This document shows positions 1 to 4,006 of a stretch of DNA of 5,462 nucleotides, piece after piece (the stretch's first letter is position 1; each line of letters begins with the position of its first letter). The stretch is taken from the IMG/VR virus record IMGVR_UViG_3300045988_021932, positions 1 through 5,462 of that record. One strand, 5' to 3'. The notes below the pieces were generated by a model, which did not search any database, was not told where the DNA came from, and worked only from the letters and a program-made list of their open reading frames with translations. Both the position numbers and the translations under genes were made by a program. Origin of the DNA: a virus.

Positions 1-77
1 AAGGACTTGGTAAACATAGGTTTGTTCATGGTGGTCACACTCAGCGCCGCCGTGTTGCCCAGCGGACTTGTGTTGTC
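1..77. repeat. Terminal direct repeat, copy 1. Identical to 5386..5462, marking a circular genome with a unit length of 5385 nt.
   Basis: Base-by-base comparison shows all 77 nt (aaggacttggtaaacatagg...acttgtgttgtc) are identical at both window ends. The repeat lies inside the VP1 reading frame, so it is an assembly overlap rather than a biological DTR. Confidence 0.95.
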
Positions 78-1163
78 GGTCGAAGAGGTCTGGATAACCT
101 GAGACACGTTGATAGGCAGTCTGTAGCCGCCCAGATACTCCGGAATTTGCATCCGGCTGTCAGGCGAGATAACCCCAAAGTGTTCCCTCAACACCTCGCG
201 GTATCTTGTGCCGCCTCGTGCGTCTTTTTCCAGCAGCTTCTGGATCTGAAATGCCTGTCGGAGTTGGTTGATGGTCGTTGCGTTTACGCTGCTAAGGTCT
301 GCCATGAGATAATGGGTTGTTACATCACTCCCGGTTGGTTGTGTTGGACCCGATATTGTGTAGGTTCCAATGTTTTGTTCATATTGGATTCCTGCTTTTG
401 GGTATGGGTTTGAAGCGCTGCCGCTGTTTTGTCTGAAGAAAATATCGTCTGGATTTAACGTTTTAAGGTCGCTTTCATATGGTTTAACGCTAGCATTCCC
501 GCTCAGAGGCAGAGTAATCGGTTCGCCTTTCTGAGGTTCGGGCAGTGCTCCGGTGTAGTAGTCAAACACCTTCGCCGCTTTGAGAGGCTTTGCCAACGTG
601 ATGGCGCTGTCGTTGGTTTTGCTGCCGTCGTTTTTGCCGGTTGTGGTTGCGTCCGTCACTTCTACGAGCGTCGGCTGTGTAACGTTCTGGTTCCGGAACC
701 ACTCGTTGTAGATGAGGCCGTATGCGCGTCCCGGCAGAGCGCTCACGCTTATGCCCTTTACTTTGGTAGGCAGACCAAGATAGTCTGCTAAAGTTCCTTC
801 TTCCCAGCCTTCTGCCGGTGCTGTGACCTGCGGGATGCTGTATTCTGTTTTAGGCGTCCATGCGGTTTCTTTGTTTTCACCCATAAACTCCTTCCAGTGC
901 TCCCAGAGCAAGCGGTTCGGCACGAAGAAGAAGTAAAAGTCACAGAAGGCATTGTCCATCACAGGAAAGATTGGCGTTGCCATACGCATGACACAGGCCA
1001 CGTCGATTTCGTGCGTATCCCCGGGTAATACCTCATCCAGATAAATCGGGATGAGGTCGCCGGTGTTAAAGGTGGTTTTGTTGTCACTGTTGCGCTGGAA
1101 TCTGCTTCGGCTTACTCCTACCTGTGGATTCTGTGCAAAGTTGTATTCACTGTTGCGGTTCAC
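1..1163 (-). CDS. VP1: Major capsid protein VP1 (Microviridae F-type capsid), N-terminal and central part. The ORF runs off the left edge and continues through the circular junction into 5385..4911, giving 545 aa in total.
   Basis: A GTG start at 1163..1161 is preceded by GGAGG with a 7-nt spacer. My translation begins (M)NRNSEYNFAQNPQVGVSRSRFQRNSDNKTTFNTGDLIPIYLDEVLPGDTHEIDVACVMRMATPIFPVMDNAFCDFYFFFVPNRLLWEHW. It later reads INQLRQAFQIQKLLEKDARGGTRYREVLREHFGVISPDSRMQIPEYLGG, both classic Microviridae capsid motifs. I scanned triplets 78..600 and found no in-frame stop, and I translated the rest by eye. The frame is continuous with ORF 4911..5423, since 1163 minus 38 is divisible by 3. Confidence 0.93.
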   Translation of the reverse strand, partial: MNRNSEYNFAQNPQVGVSRSRFQRNSDNKTTFNTGDLIPIYLDEVLPGDTHEIDVACVMRMATPIFPVMDNAFCDFYFFFVPNRLLWEHWKEFMGENKETAWTPKTEYSIPQVTAPAEGWEEGTLADYLGLPTKVKGISVSALPGRAYGLIYNEWFRNQNVTQPTLVEVTDATTTGKNDGSKTNDSAITLAKPLKAAKVFDYYTGALPEPQKGEPITLPLSGNASVKPYESDLKTLNPDDIFFRQNSGSASNPYPKAGIQYEQNIGTYTISGPTQPTGSDVTTHYLMADLSSVNATTINQLRQAFQIQKLLEKDARGGTRYREVLREHFGVISPDSRMQIPEYLGGYRLPINVSQVIQTSSTDNTSPLGNTAALSVTTMNKPMFTKS

Positions 1164-1636
1164 TCTGCTGCCTCCTTTTTCTCTGTCGTGTTTTCAGTCG
1201 GCTTTTTTTCCTTCAGGAGATCCATTTTGTCGGCCCACTCTTCCGTGCCGTAGGCCATGACGTATTTTTCTACGTCGTTATCCCATTTGTTTTTGATTTC
1301 GATAGGCAGTGCTTCAAACTGCTTCTTTGCGTCCTCGATGCGGTTGTACCATGTGTGGTAGTCCGTCGGCACGTCGGTAATGTCCACCATCTGCTCACTG
1401 TTCTGCCATTCCTGGTCCCCCAGCGTCGTCGGGTCGTAGGTCGCTCTTTTGATGATGTTTTCGATTTTGGTTTCATCCAGTCGGCTCTGGATGAGTGCAT
1501 AGACGTCGTTTTCGCCGGTTTTCACCAGCTCCCTGCCGGTTTCGGTTATTTTGTACTCGTATTCGGGTTCGTGTCCGTTCCCGGTCAGACTCGTATGCCT
1601 CACGTGGCCGCTGTATGCGCTTCTGAACTCACTCAT
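1160..1636 (-). CDS. VP3: Internal scaffolding protein VP3 (158 aa from the ATG at 1636).
   Basis: The ORF-track frame is 1160..1651, and its listed first codon is GTG. I prefer the ATG at 1636..1634 (MSEFRSAY...), which is preceded by GAGGG with an 8-nt spacer. The segment DITDVPTDYHTWYNRIEDAKKQFEALPIEIKNKWDNDVEKYV matches my recollection of the gokushovirus scaffold pattern (D-P...F..LP...F.N). The acidic/lysine-rich tail, the position just upstream of VP1, and the 4-nt overlap of the stop TGA with the VP1 GTG (GTGA) fit this call. Confidence 0.85.
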   Translation of the reverse strand: MSEFRSAYSGHVRHTSLTGNGHEPEYEYKITETGRELVKTGENDVYALIQSRLDETKIENIIKRATYDPTTLGDQEWQNSEQMVDITDVPTDYHTWYNRIEDAKKQFEALPIEIKNKWDNDVEKYVMAYGTEEWADKMDLLKEKKPTENTTEKKEAAE

Positions 1637-1871
1637 TGGGCTTGCCCTCACATACCAGCGTTCTGCTGTTGTCCATGATTTCGCCGGTTTCGTCTTCCAT
1701 GGTGCAGATGTAGCACAGTTGGAAGTCTTCCGGCTTCACGCTGATAAAGCTGTCTTTGTTCTTCTGCTGACTCTCAAAGAGTCTGCTGGCAACTGCGTCG
1801 TTCTGCTGTTCGAAGAGTCCGCTGTAGCTCTTGGCCACTTTGTCATAGATTGCATAGTATTTTTTCAGCAT
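1629..1871 (-). CDS. Small non-structural protein, VP5/ORF5-like (80 aa).
   Basis: The ATG at 1871 overlaps the upstream stop (TAATG), and the stop TGA overlaps the VP3 ATG by 8 nt (ATGAGTGA). The pattern YAIYDKVAKSY..LF....DAVA.R.F ... PEDFQL..I...DETGEI resembles my recollection of chlamydiaphage-type ORF5/VP5 proteins. That resemblance is recalled, not searched. Confidence 0.7.
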   Translation of the reverse strand: MLKKYYAIYDKVAKSYSGLFEQQNDAVASRLFESQQKNKDSFISVKPEDFQLCYICTMEDETGEIMDNSRTLVCEGKPNE

Positions 1872-1990
1872 TACAGTCTCGTGCCTCCTCGCATGTTTTT
1901 CGGGCTTACGTTGACGGCCTTGGTCTTTTTTGCCGTCTGAGTAAACACTTTCGTGTCTTTTGACTTTTTGACCTTACTTCTCTTCGCCAT
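1871..1990 (-). CDS. Small highly basic DNA-binding/packaging protein (39 aa), gokushovirus ORF8-like and analogous to phiX174 J.
   Basis: This ORF is too short for the ORF track, so I translated it by hand: MAKRSKVKKSKDTKVFTQTAKKTKAVNVSPKNMRGGTRL. It has 14 Lys/Arg in 39 residues. The C-terminal RGG-x-R-L resembles the RGGIRF/L ending I recall for ORF8-type proteins. AGGAG lies 5 nt upstream of the ATG at 1990, and the stop is coupled to the next gene. Confidence 0.75.
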   Translation of the reverse strand: MAKRSKVKKSKDTKVFTQTAKKTKAVNVSPKNMRGGTRL

Positions 1991-2174
1991 GGTTACTCCT
2001 TTGGCTGGTTGCCCTCTACTGCGTGATAAATCTTGTCCAGCATGGCCAAGATTTTGCGGATGTTGTTAAACAGCGCGTCAATTTCCTTGAGAGTCAGAGC
2101 GGTTCACCTCTTTCTAAAAGTTATTTTGTATAAATGGTTTTGTAAAATAGCACTTCTGTGCTGTTTAACCTTGG

Positions 2175-2360
2175 TTATTGCTCTACCCAATTTTCCGGGT
2201 CGAGTGCTTCTGTTGTTCCCAGCATCTTTTTTTCGATGCGGTAAATTTTATCTTTGTCGTAATCGTAGCTGTATCTGTACTTTGTTGTTTCATAGCATCC
2301 GTATTGGTACAGTTTTTCAAGTGCTTTTACACTCAGGTGATTCATGGATTTTGCTTTCAT
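2175..2360 (-). CDS. Hypothetical protein, 61 aa, and the first gene downstream of the consensus promoter.
   Basis: The ATG at 2360..2358 is preceded by GAGAGG with an 8-nt spacer. The product is MKAKSMNHLSVKALEKLYQYGCYETTKYRYSYDYDKDKIYRIEKKMLGTTEALDPENWVEQ. The 79-aa version in the ORF track starts at a TTG that lies inside the -35 box, so I use the shorter start. I recognise no family. Confidence 0.6.
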   Translation of the reverse strand: MKAKSMNHLSVKALEKLYQYGCYETTKYRYSYDYDKDKIYRIEKKMLGTTEALDPENWVEQ

Positions 2361-2385
2361 GTTTCTTACCTCTCTTTCTGTTTGC

Positions 2386-2414
2386 ATTATACCACATGTT
2401 TCTTCTTTTGTCAA
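2386..2414 (-). promoter_or_regulatory. Sigma-70/SigA-type promoter with a perfect consensus: -35 TTGACA, 17-nt spacer, extended -10 TGgTATAAT.
   Basis: The minus strand reads ctaTTGACAaaagaagaaacatgTGgTATAATgcaaacag. The -35 box is at 2414..2409, the -10 box at 2391..2386, and the TG at 2394..2393. It is followed by the SD and ATG of the 61-aa ORF. Confidence 0.85.
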
Positions 2415-2418
2415 TAGG

Positions 2419-2436
2419 TTTTTTGAAATTTTTTTT
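2419..2436 (-). promoter_or_regulatory. UP-element-like A/T tract immediately upstream of the -35 box.
   Basis: The minus strand reads AAAAAAAATTTCAAAAAA, ending 4 nt before TTGACA. This resembles the A/T-rich UP-element pattern. Confidence 0.5.
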
Positions 2437-2441
2437 GAGAG

Positions 2442-2481
2442 GTCATGCGCTAGGCGCGGTGCGCCGTACGAAGAGCATGAC
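2442..2481. other. Nested GC-rich stem-loop with an outer stem GTCATGC/GCATGAC and an inner stem GGCGC-ggt-GCGCC.
   Basis: The inverted repeats are 2442..2448 with 2475..2481, and 2453..2457 with 2461..2465. No T-tract follows on either strand, so it is not a canonical terminator. Confidence 0.6.
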
Positions 2482-2522
2482 GTAACTTCTCGGTCCCGAT
2501 CGCCGGATTGCCTTTATTTACT

Positions 2523-2549
2523 TTTTCAACACTTTCAACACTTTCAACA
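2523..2549. repeat. Iteron cluster C: three tandem 9-bp units (T/C)TTTCAACA. On the gene strand these read TGTTGAAAG.
   Basis: TTTTCAACA is at 2523..2531, and CTTTCAACA is at 2532..2540 and 2541..2549. The period is exactly 9 bp. Confidence 0.9.
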
Positions 2550-2551
2550 GG

Positions 2552-2560
2552 TTTTCCACA
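2552..2560 (+). promoter_or_regulatory. DnaA-box-like 9-mer TTTTCCACA, fitting the relaxed consensus TT(A/T)TNCACA.
   Basis: Read directly from the sequence. It sits in a 10-nt direct repeat TCCACAAAAT shared with the perfect box at 2616..2624. Confidence 0.5.
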
Positions 2561-2566
2561 AAATGT

Positions 2567-2586
2567 TGCACAAAGGTTTTTGTGCA
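2567..2586. other. Hairpin TGCACAAA-ggtt-TTTGTGCA (8-bp stem) whose arms each overlap a DnaA-box-like 9-mer.
   Basis: It is a perfect inverted repeat. TGTTGCACA (plus strand, 2564..2572) and ATATGCACA (minus strand, 2581..2589) each differ from TT(A/T)TNCACA at one position. Confidence 0.6.
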
Positions 2587-2596
2587 TATTGCTACA

Positions 2597-2613
2597 CTTT
2601 CAACAATTCAACA
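2597..2613. repeat. Iteron cluster B: two copies of TTCAACA with an 8-bp period.
   Basis: CTTTCAACA is at 2597..2605, and TTCAACA is at 2607..2613. Confidence 0.85.
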
Positions 2614-2615
2614 AG

Positions 2616-2624
2616 TTATCCACA
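2616..2624 (+). promoter_or_regulatory. Perfect consensus DnaA box TTATCCACA.
   Basis: It is an exact 9/9 match to the canonical bacterial DnaA box, located between iteron clusters in the non-coding region. Confidence 0.6.
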
Positions 2625-2683
2625 AAATTATCAACATTAAGATTAACCAAAAAATATCGTTCCAAGGATAAAAATTCATAGTA

Positions 2684-2698
2684 TTCAACATTTCAACA
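2684..2698. repeat. Iteron cluster A: two copies of TTCAACA with an 8-bp period.
   Basis: TTCAACA is at 2684..2690 and 2692..2698. A degenerate copy, aTCAACA, is at 2630..2636. Confidence 0.85.
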
Positions 2699-2702
2699 CC
2701 TT

Positions 2703-2718
2703 CTACTACTACTACTAC
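2703..2718. repeat. Trinucleotide microsatellite (CTA)5, which reads (TAG)5 on the gene strand.
   Basis: The sequence ctactactactactac is read directly from the window. Confidence 0.9.
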
Positions 2719-2752
2719 AACAAGTTATATATAATAGATTATGTTTGCAAAT

Positions 2753-2792
2753 ACACGTGCGTGCGTGCGCGTTTCGCGCGTGCGTGCGCGTG
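2753..2792. repeat. GC-rich alternating purine/pyrimidine element containing a 13-mer direct repeat GCGTGCGTGCGCG (2759..2771 and 2778..2790, 19-bp period).
   Basis: There are 20 nt (2753..2772) and 18 nt (2775..2792) of strict R-Y alternation, separated by tt. The centre forms GCGCG-ttt-CGCGC. Confidence 0.85.
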
Positions 2793-2831
2793 AGCGTAAT
2801 TTAGCTTATGATTTTGCTTCGTACCTCGGTA

Positions 2832-2846
2832 GCCCCTACGAGGGGC
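2832..2846. other. Short GC stem-loop GCCCCT-acg-AGGGGC.
   Basis: It is a perfect 6-bp inverted repeat. An alternative pairing exists, CCTCG (2824..2828) with CGAGG (2839..2843). Confidence 0.5.
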
Positions 2847-2857
2847 GTACACGAAAG

Positions 2858-2895
2858 GGGTCTCCCGTGGCGACAGGAGACCCTTTTTTGTTTTT
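2858..2895 (+). terminator. Intrinsic-terminator-like hairpin GGGTCTCC-(10 nt)-GGAGACCC followed by TTTTTTgTTTTT. It is oriented on the plus strand, antisense to all genes.
   Basis: The 8-bp GC-rich stem is 2858..2865 with 2876..2883, and the T-tract is 2884..2895. On the gene strand the same hairpin is preceded by an A-tract and followed only by CTTTCG. Confidence 0.6.
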
Positions 2896-2937
2896 ATGAT
2901 GCTTTTAATTAGCCGTGGATAGCTGTGAAACTTGGGT

Positions 2938-2974
2938 GTGGGCCTAATCCTTATCTTGATAGGATTAGGCCCAC
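2938..2974. other. Perfect 14-bp stem-loop GTGGGCCTAATCCT-(9 nt)-AGGATTAGGCCCAC, located 9 nt downstream of the Rep stop codon.
   Basis: The inverted repeat is 2938..2951 with 2961..2974, and the loop is tatcttgat. No U-tract follows on the gene strand. Confidence 0.8.
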
Positions 2975-2983
2975 TGACACCAT

Positions 2984-4006
2984 TTATAGAATCCCTCTTG
3001 CTTTACTAAAGCGTTCTCTGAGATTCTTTTCTTTAATTTTCCCTTGCTGCTCTATTGTTACGTCTGTGTTTGACATCTTGATTTTAAGTGCATTTGTTGC
3101 GCTTGACTGTCTTTTTTCTTTAATCTCCCACAGCCTTTTGGGATTTTCGGTTTCTTGCATCTTGTCAAAGTACCTTGGAATGGGCCTTTTTTTGCCGTTA
3201 AAATATAACCCATCGTCTTTGTACATTTGTTTTTTGTGTTCTTGATAGTAGTCGTATCCTAGACCCGGATTTCGCGACATGCAGCAGTAAGGCGCTGGTA
3301 GCCCTAGCTCATTGTATCGTTTTGTGTCGTTGCCGTAGGCTTTTTTTGTCACATATCCCGCTACATACGCCATTGTTTCCGGTGAGGCCTCTGCAATTAT
3401 TACATTGCCCATTCCCCAGATTTTGTCTATTGTTTCGCTCTCAAAGTATGGATTATTGCCTCTTTTTTTCTTAAGGTCTGGTATTTCTAGCCCATAATAG
3501 ATTGCATGGTGATGCGGTCTTCCTGTGGTTTCGCCGTATTCGCCGCAATAAAAATATCTGAGGTCTGTACCCCATTTATTGGACATTTCTTGCTTTTTTC
3601 GGAGTCTTTTGTTAAAAAGTACCATGTCCTCTTGCAATAGGATTTGCACAACTTCTGGCGCGTCTCCCGTTGTCCACTGGTGGACTGCTCCACGTATAAG
3701 TTCGCCGGTTGCTCTTATCATTCCCGGCACATATTCTTGATTCCATGTAAGAGTAAAAAACCATGCTGGTGTGAGTGTTTTTGACTCCATCAACATTCTG
3801 GTCTCCCAGTCTTGTCGCTGTCTGAGTCTGCATCCCAGACACTTGCCGCATGGTAGCAGCATGACATCTTTTCTATATGCTAGGCTTTCGTATGTCGCCT
3901 CTGGATTATGTGCTCTTTCTCTGTATTTTTCTAGGGTCATGATTGACCCTGTTATGTTATGGTCGTTTGGGTTGTATACTCTGATAAGTGGTCTTTCACA
4001 GCTCAT
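2984..4006 (-). CDS. VP4: Replication initiation protein VP4 (HUH rolling-circle endonuclease, phiX174 gene A-like), 340 aa.
   Basis: The motifs present are CGKCLGCR, motif I FFTLTW, HUH motif II GRPHHHAIYYG, and motif III YVAGYVTKK. In motif III the two Tyr are spaced by three residues, as I recall for phiX174 A. The ATG at 4006 abuts the VP2 stop (TAAATG), and GGAGG lies 8 nt upstream. Confidence 0.93.
   Translation of the reverse strand: MSCERPLIRVYNPNDHNITGSIMTLEKYRERAHNPEATYESLAYRKDVMLLPCGKCLGCRLRQRQDWETRMLMESKTLTPAWFFTLTWNQEYVPGMIRATGELIRGAVHQWTTGDAPEVVQILLQEDMVLFNKRLRKKQEMSNKWGTDLRYFYCGEYGETTGRPHHHAIYYGLEIPDLKKKRGNNPYFESETIDKIWGMGNVIIAEASPETMAYVAGYVTKKAYGNDTKRYNELGLPAPYCCMSRNPGLGYDYYQEHKKQMYKDDGLYFNGKKRPIPRYFDKMQETENPKRLWEIKEKRQSSATNALKIKMSNTDVTIEQQGKIKEKNLRERFSKARGIL

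Noticed and set aside
1-77. A biological direct terminal repeat (a linear genome with DTRs).
   Set aside because: The repeat falls in the middle of the capsid reading frame, and joining the ends restores a single intact 545-aa VP1. This is as expected for an assembler overlap on a circular Microviridae genome.
1270-1500. 76-aa extremely basic ORF in an alternative frame inside VP3.
   Set aside because: It has no SD upstream of its ATG. Its Arg/Thr/Ser-rich low-complexity product is typical of an off-frame reading of an acidic/Lys-rich gene, and a dedicated basic DNA-binding protein already exists at 1871..1990. It could only be rescued by conservation or ribosome-profiling evidence.
1637-1651. 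GTG start at 1651 for VP3 (MRASPMSEF...).
   Set aside because: The in-frame ATG at 1636 has a GAGGG SD at 8 nt, and that SD overlaps the GTG codon itself. The GTG has no SD of its own. The choice is not certain and affects only 5 residues.
2104-2162. Second promoter (TTTACA-17-TAACTT) and a small hairpin AGCAC-agaa-GTGCT followed by ATTTT, downstream of the orphan ORF.
   Set aside because: The -10 matches only 3 of 6 positions, and the hairpin stem is 5 bp with a weak T-tract. At most this is a minor attenuator, which is too weak to call.
2175-2414. The 79-aa version of the orphan ORF, starting at 2414 (MTKEETCGIMQ...).
   Set aside because: Its start codon is a TTG lying inside the -35 hexamer TTGACA, and the first 18 codons span the promoter itself. 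The ATG at 2360 has a proper SD and lies downstream of the predicted transcription start.
2523-2698. The possibility that the short direct repeats form a CRISPR array.
   Set aside because: The repeats are only 7 to 9 bp, are directly tandem or separated by irregular spacers, and sit in a 5.4-kb phage genome. This is iteron-like, not CRISPR-like.
2800-2900. A tRNA or other known structured RNA gene in the GC-rich hairpin region.
   Set aside because: There is no cloverleaf arrangement and no T-loop (GTTCRANYC) or D-loop signature. The stems are independent simple hairpins.
2911-2919. An additional DnaA-box-like sequence, CTATCCACG, on the gene strand.
   Set aside because: It has two mismatches, including the terminal A, which is not distinguishable from chance.
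3487-3851. Alternative-frame minus-strand ORFs inside rep (3487..3693 and 3612..3851).
   Set aside because: They have no SD, no recognisable motifs and no hydrophobic segment that would suggest an E-like lysis protein.
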